Shown: in pieces, positions 34,702 to 43,578 of the stretch
Layout: each line of letters begins with the position of its first letter
How positions within the stretch are numbered: position 1 is the stretch's first letter
Position numbers and translations under genes: made by a program
The notes under the pieces: model-generated
Database searches by the model: none
What the model was told of the DNA's origin: nothing
Seen by the model: the letters and a program-made list of their open reading frames with translations, nothing else
Assembly (NCBI GenBank): GCA_021325135.1
Contig: JAJPHT010000046.1
Span: 32,001-96,000 of the forward strand
Length of the DNA: 64,000 nt
Origin: Pseudomonadota bacterium
GTDB taxonomy: Archaea; Thermoplasmatota; SW-10-69-26; JACQPN01; JAJPHT01
Direction: 5' to 3'

Positions 34702-34955
34702 CAGGGGAGAACGATCCAGGGCTCGCAGCGCACGTAGGTGACCGGGTAGAGGGCCGTGTCGCAGCGGTAGACGGTGAGGCCCACGGTGCAGATGGAGGGG
34801 CCGGGCGGGCCCAGGGGGTTCGCCACCTGGTACGCCGCGAGGGTGATGGGTCCCGCGCCTACGGTCCCGCTGAGGCATCCGGCGGCGCCGGCCGGCGTGG
34901 GCACGAGGAGCGCGAGGGGGAGGATGGCGAGGGCGAGCAGGGTGAAGCGCATCAT
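34701..34955 (-). CDS. Small secreted Cys-containing protein (84 aa)
   Basis: Signal peptide MMRFTLLALAILPLALLVPTPAGA; 4 Cys. Confidence 0.65.
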   Translation of the reverse strand: MMRFTLLALAILPLALLVPTPAGAAGCLSGTVGAGPITLAAYQVANPLGPPGPSICTVGLTVYRCDTALYPVTYVRCEPWIVLP

Positions 34956-35061
34956 CGGGGCCCCAAGGGGAGGGCCCGAGAAGAGCGCACCGCCCCCGCG
35001 CCCCGGCGGCTGCGCGCTTCCGCACCCTTCATGGGAGCGGGCCGCGTCCCGGAATCCTCCT

Positions 35062-35143
35062 GCGGGGGTCCTCTAGCCCGGAATGAGGTGGGACTTAGGA
35101 TCCCATGCTTAGCGCAGCGCCGGTTCGAATCCGGCCCCCCGCA
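35062..35143 (+). tRNA. tRNA-Leu(TAG)
   Basis: Acceptor GCGGGGG/CCCCCGC plus A73; anticodon arm TGGGA-CTTAGGA-TCCCA; long variable arm; T-arm GCCGG-TTCGAAT-CCGGC; no encoded CCA. Confidence 0.88.
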
Positions 35144-35216
35144 TCCCTCAAGGCTCCGTGCTTCGCTGCTCTCAAGCGGGCGCAGGCTCATCGTCAGAAG
35201 GCCCCAAGCGAAGGGC

Positions 35217-35369
35217 ATGGCGAAAGGATATCCCACGCGTCCACCGGAGCCCGATCCGCTGGCGCGCTTCGAGCTTCCCGCGCCCGACGTGTGCATCATC
35301 TGCAAGCGGCGGCCTGCCGCGCAGGGGGGCATCTGCGATTCGTGCGACGCGGCCCTGAGCGGCCGATAG
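35217..35369 (+). CDS. Small CxxC...CxxC zinc-finger protein (50 aa)
   Basis: MAKGYPTRPP...CIIC-x10-CDSC. Confidence 0.55.
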   Translation: MAKGYPTRPPEPDPLARFELPAPDVCIICKRRPAAQGGICDSCDAALSGR

Positions 35370-35400
35370 CCCCAAGCGAAGCGGGCGGTCTGCCGGGCGC

Positions 35401-36033
35401 GTGACGCCCAAAGAGCGCGTTCTCCTGCGCTTCGCCATCGGCCTCGTCGTCGCCATCCCGCTGGTGTGGTGGGACCCGGGCGGCCTCGTCCCCGATGGAT
35501 TGCGCGACAACCTCGTGGCCGAGCTCGTGGGCGCGCTCATCACGGTCGCGTTCGTGGAGCGAGCGCTGGACGCCGTGGAGCGCCGCTCGGCCCGCCAGCA
35601 GCGCGAGGAGCTTCGCCGCAAGGCCGAGGCCACGCTGGAGGCGGACCTCCACGCGCTCTGGAGCCTCATGTCGGAGCCCAAGGCGCGCGACGACCCGCTG
35701 CGGCGCGCCTCGACCGCGGCGCGGCTGGAGCGGTTCCTCCGGGACCTGGAGGAGCCCGAGACGTGGGCGTCCGCGCCGGCGGGCCACGCCGCGGCGGTGC
35801 GGGGGCGCGTGCGCGACCTGGGCGAGGACGCGGACCGCCTCCTGGTGCTCGCCGAGGGGACGGAGGACGTGGGCGCGCGGGCCCGGTTCGACGCGCTGCG
35901 CCGCGCGTGCCGCGACCTCGACGAGGCGTGGGGCGCGACGCCGCGCGGGCAGCTGGCCCCCTTCTTCCGGTCGAGGATTGCCCCGGAGGTCCACGGCATC
36001 CTGGCCGCCCTGCGCCGCGACGACCCGCGCTGA
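35401..36033 (+). CDS. Hypothetical membrane protein (2 N-terminal TM + helical domain)
   Basis: NLVAELVGALITVAFVE followed by a charged helix. Confidence 0.7.
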   Translation: MTPKERVLLRFAIGLVVAIPLVWWDPGGLVPDGLRDNLVAELVGALITVAFVERALDAVERRSARQQREELRRKAEATLEADLHALWSLMSEPKARDDPLRRASTAARLERFLRDLEEPETWASAPAGHAAAVRGRVRDLGEDADRLLVLAEGTEDVGARARFDALRRACRDLDEAWGATPRGQLAPFFRSRIAPEVHGILAALRRDDPR

Positions 36034-36184
36034 GACTTCTCCTCTAGAGTTCCCATCTCTAGAGTTCGTGTTCGGGTTCCCGGATTCGCCAAGGTGAGGG
36101 AATCGTTATCACCCCTCAGCGAAGTGCGGCTCTTGGCTGGGAATCGGGAGGCTACCGAAGCCCTGGCTTGGAGTCATCGAGAGC

Positions 36185-38062
36185 ATGAATCGCACCCTCA
36201 CCTTCACGGCCGTCGCCCTCGCGGCGGCGATGCTCGTGCCCACCGGCCTCGCGTCGTGGGGATCATACGGCGGCCAGGAGCCCGACAACAAGTACGACCT
36301 GCCCGCGGCGGGCAACTTCGTCTGGCAGGGCCCGCCCACCGGCACGGACCAGGTCTACTTCAACGTCGTGAACGGCTACGCGCCCAACGGCCCCGCGGGC
36401 GCCAGCCCCAACTCGGCCACGCTGGGCGACCGCGTGCAGGTGGCCGGCACCGGCTCCTACGCCGCGATCCTCGGCGTCTGGGTCGACTGCAACAAGGACG
36501 GCTACGTCGGCCTCGCCGACGGCGCGCTGCGCGAGTACCGCGCGGACGTCTCCGCCGCCGCGGGCTTCCCCGTGGACACGGACCGCTGCCCGGTCGTCCC
36601 CGAGGACGCCGCGCACGCGGGCGCCATCCACAACGCGAACAACTGGATCACGGAGCTCATCCCCATCACGAACGTGACCATCGCGAACACCAACGACGAC
36701 CCCCACGGCGTCACGGACCCCACCGGCACGTCTGGCGGCGTCCACAACCCCATGGTGGACTACCGCGTCATCGTCGACGAGTCGGCGAAGATGTGGGCGG
36801 ACCGCCTCCAGCCCGTGACGCCCACGGCGGCGCCCGCGCGCGACGGCTGCACGCAGGCCACCGTCATGTTCGGCAAGGGCCAGACGCGCCACACGGGCGG
36901 CATCCTCGACCACATCGACTGCGTCGAGTCGCTCTTCGCGCCGCGCCCCAACACCGTCTTCCGCCTCGTGAGCGAGAAGGACCCCACGGGCGCCGTGGGC
37001 CCCGCCGTGAGCGGCAACCCCGTCGCGCCCTTCAGCAAGCCCTCCGACCTGTGGGACGGCGGCGTGCTGGACGTCGACCTCTTCGGCACGGACCAGAGCT
37101 GCGCGGGCGGCGAGCCCCAGCCCTGCTCCAGCGGCAGCAACAGCATCGTCTCGGGCGAGCAGGACTGCTCCTCCGCGCCCGTCGTGGACACCACCGACGA
37201 GACCGGCACGCCCGGCCAGTCGGGCCAGAGCGGCGTGCGCGCGCCCGGCCAGCCCAACGTGAACCAGCACGGCACGGTCGCGGCCACGGTGAACGAGACC
37301 CACGAGGAGAGCGCGCTGGACGACTGCAACAGCGCGGACGACGGCGGCCTCGACTTCTACGGCAACGGTGTCACCGAGGTCCCCGTGGAGGACGCGGTCA
37401 CCGTCACCGGCAAGAACAGCGCCGAGATGAACTTCTTCTGGGACGGCGGCGCGGGCCGCGTCGACTGCGAGCAGGACGACGCCGTCGCGCTCTGCCAGCT
37501 CAACGGCATGCCCCTGGACGCGGGCGCCCCCGCCACCGAGATGGCCAACACCAACGGGCTGGGCGCCACCGCGGGCGCTCCCCAGGCCGACACGGGCAGC
37601 CCCGGCAACGAGTGGCTCGCGGACGCGTACTACGCGGACGAGCTGCCCCTCGTGAACGGCAACCGCGTCAACACCGACGACCCCACGCGCAGCACCGTCG
37701 GGTTCTTCCCCGGCGACTTCTACACGTTCTACGCCAGCGTGGGCCTCTCGGGCCTCGTCACGCCCGGCGGCGTGGGCCAGTACGGCGCCCCGTGGTGCCT
37801 GGACGGCATCGGCCGCAACGCGGGCATCCAGAACGGCTGGGACTGCGACCCCGCCAACTGGAACCTCGACCCCACCACCGGCGCGAAGCTGGACGACCAG
37901 GCGCACCGCGGCACCGTGGGCGACCCGTACAACCTGCGCGACGTGGACTGCTACGACACCACGCTCGTGGGCGCGGGCTCCAGCCTGAACCCCACGGGCG
38001 AGGACGTGGGCCCCCGCTCGCTGCCCAGCCCGGTCATCGACCCGGCGCAGGGCTGCTACTAG
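36185..38062 (+). CDS. Large Cys/Asp/Gly-rich secreted protein (625 aa), paralog of 13726-15564
   Basis: MNRTLTF..LASWGS signal; GVWVDCNKDGYVG; WITELIPI; WDCDPANWNLDPTTGAKL; YNLRDVDCYDTTLVG. Confidence 0.85.
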   Translation: MNRTLTFTAVALAAAMLVPTGLASWGSYGGQEPDNKYDLPAAGNFVWQGPPTGTDQVYFNVVNGYAPNGPAGASPNSATLGDRVQVAGTGSYAAILGVWVDCNKDGYVGLADGALREYRADVSAAAGFPVDTDRCPVVPEDAAHAGAIHNANNWITELIPITNVTIANTNDDPHGVTDPTGTSGGVHNPMVDYRVIVDESAKMWADRLQPVTPTAAPARDGCTQATVMFGKGQTRHTGGILDHIDCVESLFAPRPNTVFRLVSEKDPTGAVGPAVSGNPVAPFSKPSDLWDGGVLDVDLFGTDQSCAGGEPQPCSSGSNSIVSGEQDCSSAPVVDTTDETGTPGQSGQSGVRAPGQPNVNQHGTVAATVNETHEESALDDCNSADDGGLDFYGNGVTEVPVEDAVTVTGKNSAEMNFFWDGGAGRVDCEQDDAVALCQLNGMPLDAGAPATEMANTNGLGATAGAPQADTGSPGNEWLADAYYADELPLVNGNRVNTDDPTRSTVGFFPGDFYTFYASVGLSGLVTPGGVGQYGAPWCLDGIGRNAGIQNGWDCDPANWNLDPTTGAKLDDQAHRGTVGDPYNLRDVDCYDTTLVGAGSSLNPTGEDVGPRSLPSPVIDPAQGCY

Positions 38063-38070
38063 GCAACCCC

Positions 38071-38106
38071 CCGCGGCGGGCGACCGCCGCGGCCCCCTCC
38101 TTTTTC
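38071..38106 (+). terminator. GC hairpin + T-tract terminator
   Basis: CCGCGGCGG-GCGA-CCGCCGCGG then CCCCCTCCTTTTT. Confidence 0.65.
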
Positions 38107-38130
38107 TAGTTGCTTCTTCCAACGCCCAGC

Positions 38131-39342
38131 GTGCGCGCCGCCGCGCCGGGCCTCGCCCTCCTCCTCGTGGTCGCCGGCCTCGCCAGCGCGCACCCGGCCC
38201 TCCTCTCGTCGGAGCCTCCGGCCGGGGCGCGCCTCGCGCCGGGGCCTCATGATATCACGCTGCGCTTCAGCGAGGGGCTGGAGGGGGCCTTCACCGAGGC
38301 GGTCCTCCTGAACGCGGAGGGCCGCGCGCTGCCAAGGACGCTGGAGCGCCCGCCGCTGGACCCGGCCGTGCTCGTGGTCCACGCGCAGGACCTCCCTCCG
38401 GGAGGCTACGTCCTCCGGTGGCGCGCGCTGGGCCTCGACGGCCACTCCGCCACCGGGGAGATCCCCTACGCGGTGGGCGACGCGGCGGTGCCGGTCGTGG
38501 TCGGGGCCCCCGCGCCGGCGCCCGTGCTGGAAAGCGCGGGCCGCGGCGCGCTCCTGCTGGGATTGCTCGTGGCCGCGGGGGCGCCGGGCATGCTGGCGGC
38601 GATGCGCGCGGAGGCGCCGCCGCGGCGCGCGCGCCTCCTCCTGGTGGCGGCGACGGGGCTCGCGGCGGCGGGCGCGCTGGCGCTCCTCGTGGCCCTCGCG
38701 TCGAGCCTGGGCGCGGGCCTCCTCGTGGCCGTGGCGACGGCGCCCGGCGAGGTGCTCGCCGCGCAGGCCGCGCTCGCGCTGCTGTCGTTCGGGCTCTCGT
38801 GGCGCGCCGCGCGGCAGCCCGCGGCGTGGGCGGCGGTGGGCGCCCTCTTCGTCCACCTGGGGACCTCCCACGGCGTCGCAGGGGGCGCCGTCGGCGGCGC
38901 GCACGGGGCGCACCTGCACCTCCTCGCCCTGGCCGCGCACCTGGGCGCCGCGGCGGTCTGGGCGGGCGGGCTCGCCGCGCTCCTTTTGATATCAGGCGGG
39001 GCCGCGGCGCGGGCGGGCGCCATCCGGCGCTTCTCCCCCTGGGCCCTGGGGGGCGTCGCGCTCCTGGCCGCCACCGGCGCGTACCAGGCGTGGGCGGACC
39101 TCCCGGGGCTGGGGGCCCTCGCGGGCAGCGCGTATGGGCGGCTGCTCCTGGCGAAGACGGGCCTCTTCGCGCTCCTCGTGGGGCTGGGCGCCTTGCAGCA
39201 GCGCGTCATCGGGCCGCGCCTTGCCCGCCTGGCCACGCGGCCCGCCGGAGCGCGCGTCGCCCTCGCCGTGGAGGCCTTCGCCATGGCCGGGCTCCTCGCC
39301 CTGGCGGGTGTCCTCGGCGCGACCGCGACGCCGACGCCGTGA
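38131..39342 (+). CDS. copCD: Copper resistance/uptake CopC-CopD fusion
   Basis: Signal then H-PALLSSEP (CopC His1), WRALGLDGH; CopD TMs with SHG, AAHL.AAAVWAGGL, RRFS, YGRLLLAK. Confidence 0.88.
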   Translation: MRAAAPGLALLLVVAGLASAHPALLSSEPPAGARLAPGPHDITLRFSEGLEGAFTEAVLLNAEGRALPRTLERPPLDPAVLVVHAQDLPPGGYVLRWRALGLDGHSATGEIPYAVGDAAVPVVVGAPAPAPVLESAGRGALLLGLLVAAGAPGMLAAMRAEAPPRRARLLLVAATGLAAAGALALLVALASSLGAGLLVAVATAPGEVLAAQAALALLSFGLSWRAARQPAAWAAVGALFVHLGTSHGVAGGAVGGAHGAHLHLLALAAHLGAAAVWAGGLAALLLISGGAAARAGAIRRFSPWALGGVALLAATGAYQAWADLPGLGALAGSAYGRLLLAKTGLFALLVGLGALQQRVIGPRLARLATRPAGARVALAVEAFAMAGLLALAGVLGATATPTP

Positions 39343-39448
39343 CGGCGGGAAAACCCCTCGGGTCCAAGAGGGGTGGGAAAAGCTCGCCGGTCTAAATAGC
39401 CGCCACGAGAAACCCAACTGGCTCCACGCGGGAGCCCCCGTGATCGCC

Positions 39449-39988
39449 ATGGATGGCTGGACCCTGGGCCTCGTCGCCAACGCCGTGATCGCCACCGCCT
39501 ACCTCGCCGTTGCCGTGCTGCTGGGGGTGAACATCTCCCGCACGCGCCAGTGGATGACCAACCCCCTGGCCGCGGGGACGTTCTTCCTCTACCTGACGTG
39601 CGGGGGCGCCCACGGCATCGTCGGGCTCCAGCTGGCCAGCCTCAGCGTCAGCGGCGCTGCCGTGGAGGGGAGCCGGCTCCTCTACGGCTCGTGGACGATG
39701 TGGGGCTGGGACATCGTCACCGCGGGCGTGGGCGTGTGGTACTGGACGATGCGCAACCGCTTCCCCGACCTCGTCTCGGGCACCGCCGTCTTCGAGGACC
39801 TCCGCCAGCGGCAGAAGCGCGCCGTGGAGATCAACGACAACGTCGTCCAGGGCCTCGCGCGCGCGAAGCTGAGCCTCGACCTGCACCGCGACGCGGAGGG
39901 CCGCGAGGCCTTGCAGGAGACCATCGAGGCCAGCCAGCGCATCGTGAAGGAGCTGGAGGCGACGCACCCCAAGGAGGCGGGCGGATGA
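39449..39988 (+). CDS. 3-TM ethylene-receptor-like (CxxxH) sensor with degenerate HisKA_3-like helix, subunit 1
   Basis: N11-x6-Y18, C51-x3-H55, WD88IVTA; C-terminal QKRAVEINDNVVQGL; no ATPase domain. Confidence 0.75.
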   Translation: MDGWTLGLVANAVIATAYLAVAVLLGVNISRTRQWMTNPLAAGTFFLYLTCGGAHGIVGLQLASLSVSGAAVEGSRLLYGSWTMWGWDIVTAGVGVWYWTMRNRFPDLVSGTAVFEDLRQRQKRAVEINDNVVQGLARAKLSLDLHRDAEGREALQETIEASQRIVKELEATHPKEAGG

Positions 39989-40572
39989 GCTTCGAGTGGT
40001 GGTGGATCACCGCGGCCTCCAACGCGATCATGGTGGTCATCTACGCCGTCATCGCCACGATCATGATCCGCGGCATCCAGACGGGGCACCAGTGGCGCAC
40101 GAACCCCATCGCGGTCGCCACGGCCGCCGTGTTCGTGACGTGCACGGTCGCCCACGGGCAGCACCTCCTCCACCTGCTGCCGCCCCTCGCGCAGGCGGAG
40201 CCCGCCCAGTTCGCCGCCGCGCAGGCCATGTTCAACGACCCCGCGCTCGTGGTCTGGGACGGCTTCACCGCCTCGGTCGCCGTCTGGTACTTCCTCATGC
40301 GCAGCCGCCTCGTCATCGTCTACGAGGGCGCCGCCCTCTGCGAGGACATCGCGGAGCGCCAGCGCCAGGCGGCCCTCCTCCACGAGAAGGTCGTCGAGGG
40401 GCTCGCCCGGGCCGAGCGCGCGCTGGAGAACGGAGAGCGCGAGGCGGGCCTGCGCAGCATCGAGGCCACGCTGGAGGAGAGCAAGACCATCATCACGACG
40501 CTCGTGGGACGCGCCGGCACCCGCGCGGGCCTGGGCCCGGGCGACCTGCGCCGCGACCAGCCGAGCCACTAG
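39985..40572 (+). CDS. 3-TM ethylene-receptor-like (CxxxH) sensor with HisKA_3-like helix, subunit 2
   Basis: N13-x6-Y20, C53-x3-H57, WD92GFTA; QRQAALLHEKVVEGL; ATGA-coupled paralog of the upstream gene. Confidence 0.75.
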   Translation: MSFEWWWITAASNAIMVVIYAVIATIMIRGIQTGHQWRTNPIAVATAAVFVTCTVAHGQHLLHLLPPLAQAEPAQFAAAQAMFNDPALVVWDGFTASVAVWYFLMRSRLVIVYEGAALCEDIAERQRQAALLHEKVVEGLARAERALENGEREAGLRSIEATLEESKTIITTLVGRAGTRAGLGPGDLRRDQPSH

Positions 40573-40579
40573 GAGCATC

Positions 40580-41296
40580 ATGCAGGCGAGCGACCCCCTC
40601 ACCACCGAGCCGCCCCAGGACCCGCGCCTGCGCGAGCTGGAGCGCCAGAACGCCGAGCTGCAGCGCTTCGCCTCCCACGCCGCGCACGACCTCCAGGAGC
40701 CCCTGCGCCTCGTAAGCGGCTACCTCGACGTCCTCCTCGCCGAGCACGAGGCCGCCCTCCCCGCCGACGCGCGCATGCTCGCCCGCGAGGCCCGCGACGC
40801 GGCGCTCCGCATGCAGGGCCTCGTGCAGGGGCTCCTGGAGCAGGCGCGCGCCACCGACGCCGCGCTCCACCTGGAGACGTACCCCCTCTCCGAGAGCTAC
40901 GAGGAGGCTATGACAAACCTCGCCGGCGCCGCGGGCGTCGCGTGCGGCCCGCTGCCCATCGTGCGCGCCGACCGCAGGCAGATCACGCGCGTGCTCCAGA
41001 ACCTCCTCTCCAACGCCCTCAAGTTCCACGCGCCCGACGACCCCGCCCGCGTCGAGGTCTCCGCGCGGCGCGCGGGCCGCGAGTGGGAGATCCTCGTCGC
41101 CGACCACGGCCTCGGCCTCCCCGAGAAGGCGCCCCTCTTCGAGCCCTTCCGCCGCCACCACCCCCAGATCCCCGGCACGGGCCTCGGCCTCGCCGCGTGC
41201 AAGGCCATCGTCGAGCGCCACGGCGGCCGCATCTGGGCGACGCCCACCGAGGGCGGCGGCGCCACGTTCCACTTCACCCTGGAGCCACCTCCATGA
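40580..41296 (+). CDS. Soluble histidine kinase core without sensor domain
   Basis: ELQRFASHAAHDLQEPL, NLLSNALKF, DHGLGL, LFEPF, GTGLGL. Confidence 0.92.
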   Translation: MQASDPLTTEPPQDPRLRELERQNAELQRFASHAAHDLQEPLRLVSGYLDVLLAEHEAALPADARMLAREARDAALRMQGLVQGLLEQARATDAALHLETYPLSESYEEAMTNLAGAAGVACGPLPIVRADRRQITRVLQNLLSNALKFHAPDDPARVEVSARRAGREWEILVADHGLGLPEKAPLFEPFRRHHPQIPGTGLGLAACKAIVERHGGRIWATPTEGGGATFHFTLEPPP

Positions 41297-41736
41297 CCGA
41301 CGCGAGAATCCTTCTTGTGGACGACAACGACAAGCTGCGCGCGCTCTACCGCATCAGCCTCCAGATGGCCCAAGGCCTGGAGGTCGTGGGCGAGGCCGCC
41401 AACGGCGCCGAGGCCATCGAGGAGACGCGCGGCAAGCGCCCCGACCTCGTGCTGCTGGACCTCAGCATGCCCACCATGGACGGCCTGGAGGCGTTGGGCC
41501 GGCTGCGCCAGGCAAGCCCGCAGAGCCACGTCGTCGTCCTCACCGGCTTCCGCAACGAGCGCCTGGGAAGCGTCGCCATCGAGCTTGGCGCCACCGCGTT
41601 CCTGGAGAAGGGCATCTCACCCACCGAGCTTGCGGCGCGCGTCAAGGACGTGCTCGCGCGGCCCGTGCCCGCCTACCACGAGCCGGGCGAGGAGAAGCGC
41701 GCGGAGCTGGAGCGCAGGGTGCGGGACCTGGTCTGA
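41293..41736 (+). CDS. Stand-alone response regulator receiver
   Basis: ILLVDD, VLLDLSMPTMDG, VLTG, FLEK; ATGA overlap. Confidence 0.93.
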   Translation: MTDARILLVDDNDKLRALYRISLQMAQGLEVVGEAANGAEAIEETRGKRPDLVLLDLSMPTMDGLEALGRLRQASPQSHVVVLTGFRNERLGSVAIELGATAFLEKGISPTELAARVKDVLARPVPAYHEPGEEKRAELERRVRDLV

Positions 41737-41758
41737 TATCAGGAAATTTGATATCAGA
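41732..41758. terminator. AT-rich inverted repeat between the convergent RR gene and tRNA-Asn
   Basis: TCTGATATCA-GGAAATT-TGATATCAGA. Confidence 0.5.
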
Positions 41759-41763
41759 TTCAG

Positions 41764-41836
41764 CGGCCCCGGCTGGACTCGAACCAGCACCCTCGGATTA
41801 ACAGTCCGAGATCGCTACCCATTAGACTACAGAGCC
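41764..41836 (-). tRNA. tRNA-Asn(GTT)
   Basis: GGCTCTG TA GTCT AATGGGTAG CGAT C TCGGA CTGTTAA TCCGA GGGT GCTGG TTCGAGT CCAGC CGGGGCC G; TTTAA box about 30 nt upstream. Confidence 0.92.
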
Positions 41837-41980
41837 GGTGAGGCCCACCTCTCCGGCCGGAGCCTTAAAGATTGCGCCCCATCCGGCGGACCTGCCCTGG
41901 AAGCGTCACGGTGACGACAAAGTGGGGAGCGAGCCGGAACGAGAACGCCTAAGCGCGGGGCCCGCCTTCCCGCGGGCTGC

Positions 41981-42274
41981 ATGGGTGGCCTGGGCCCGGA
42001 GGAGGTGGCGCGCGTCGCGCGGCTGGCGCGCCTGGCCCTGGGGCCCGAGGAGGCGGCGCGGCTCGCGGCCGACCTGGAGGCCATCACGGCGACGTTCGCC
42101 GGGCTCGCCGACCACGCCGCGACGCTGCCGCCCGCGCCGGAGGAGCCCCCCGGCGAGCTGCGCGCGGACGAGGCGGCCGCGCCGGACGCCGAGGAGGCCG
42201 CCGCGATCCTGGCGGCGGCGCCGCGCGTCGATCCCTCGGGCGCGGTGCGCGTGCCCCGGAGGCGCGGCGCGTGA
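41981..42274 (+). CDS. gatC: Asp/Glu-tRNA amidotransferase subunit C
   Basis: EEVARVARLARLAL...LRADE...VRVPR. Confidence 0.85.
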   Translation: MGGLGPEEVARVARLARLALGPEEAARLAADLEAITATFAGLADHAATLPPAPEEPPGELRADEAAAPDAEEAAAILAAAPRVDPSGAVRVPRRRGA

Positions 42275-43578
42275 CCCATCCGGTGGAGGCCGTGGAGCGC
42301 GCGCTGGAGGCGCTTGGCGCGGACCCGTGGAACGCCTTCCTGCACGTGGACGCGGAGGGCGCGCGCGAGCGGGCGCGGCGCGTCGATCCTGCGGCGCCCC
42401 TGGCGGGCGTCGTCGCGTCGGTGAAGGACAACCTGGCCTGGCGCGGGCACCCCATGACGTGCGGCTCGCGGCACCTCGCGGGGTACGTCGCGCCCTACAC
42501 CGCGACGGTGGTCGCGCGCCTGGAGGCCGCGGGCGCGGTGATCCTCGGGAAGACCAACATGGACGAGTTCGCCGCGGGGAGCAGCGGCGAGACGAGCGCC
42601 TTCGGCCCCACGAGGAACCCCCGCGCGCCGGACCGCGTGCCGGGCGGCTCCTCCTCCGGCGCAGGCGCCTCCGTCGCGGCGGGCGTCGTGGGCCTCGCGC
42701 TGGGCAGCGACACGGGCGGCTCCATCCGCTGCCCCGCGTCCTTCTGCGGCGCGGCGGCGCTGAAGCCCACCTGGGGATTGCTATCGCGCCACGGGCTCGC
42801 GGACCTGGCCATGAGCCTGGAGGGCCCCGCGCCGCTGGCGCCCGACGTGGCGGGCGTCGCGCGGGCGATGGACGCGCTCTCGGGGCCCGGCTTCTCCGAA
42901 GCGCTGGAGGGCGCCGCTCCCGAGGGCCTGCGCGTCGGCGTGCCCCGCGAGTTCCTGGAGGGGCTGGCGCCCGACGTGGAGCGGCCGGTGCGCGACGCGC
43001 TCCGGAAGCTGGAGTCGCGCGGGGCCCGCCTCGTCGAGGTGGGGCTCCCGTCGGCCCGCCACGCGCTGGCGGCTTACTACGTCCTCAACTACGCCGAGCT
43101 GGCCAGCGCCATGATGCGCTACGACGGCCTGCGCTACGGCGAGCCCGGACCCGAGAACGAGAGCTACGAGGCCTCGTCCGCGCAGGCGCGCGCGGCGTTC
43201 GGCCCCGAGGTGAAGCGGCGCATCCTCCTGGGCACGTTCGTGACGAGCCGCGAGGAGCGGGGCCGCTGGCACGACGCGGCCGTGAGGGCGCGCGCGGCGC
43301 TGGCCCGCGACGTGGAGCGCGCGCTCGCGGGTGTGGACGTGCTCGCGGGGCCCACCATGCCCGTGCGCGCGTTCCGCCTGGGCGAGCGCGTCGACGACCC
43401 CCGCGCGATGTACGCCGCGGACGTGCTCACGGTGCTGGCGAACCTCGCGCGCGTCCCCGCCGGGAGCGTCCCCCTGCGCGTCGAGGGGCTGCCGGTGGGC
43501 TTCCAGGTCATGGGCCGCGCGGGCGAGGACGCGGGTGTCCTGCGCGCGATGCGCGTCGTGGAGGAGGTCGCGGGGTGA
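42271..43578 (+). CDS. gatA: Asp/Glu-tRNA amidotransferase subunit A
   Basis: Amidase triad VKDN / GGSSSG / GSDTGGSIR; GKTNMDEFA; RYDGLRYG; FGPEVKRRILLG. Confidence 0.93.
   Translation: MTHPVEAVERALEALGADPWNAFLHVDAEGARERARRVDPAAPLAGVVASVKDNLAWRGHPMTCGSRHLAGYVAPYTATVVARLEAAGAVILGKTNMDEFAAGSSGETSAFGPTRNPRAPDRVPGGSSSGAGASVAAGVVGLALGSDTGGSIRCPASFCGAAALKPTWGLLSRHGLADLAMSLEGPAPLAPDVAGVARAMDALSGPGFSEALEGAAPEGLRVGVPREFLEGLAPDVERPVRDALRKLESRGARLVEVGLPSARHALAAYYVLNYAELASAMMRYDGLRYGEPGPENESYEASSAQARAAFGPEVKRRILLGTFVTSREERGRWHDAAVRARAALARDVERALAGVDVLAGPTMPVRAFRLGERVDDPRAMYAADVLTVLANLARVPAGSVPLRVEGLPVGFQVMGRAGEDAGVLRAMRVVEEVAG

Noticed and set aside
35143-41764. Integrated element between tRNA-Leu and tRNA-Asn
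   Set aside because: No integrase, no duplicated tRNA 3' end (att site), and codon usage matches the host.
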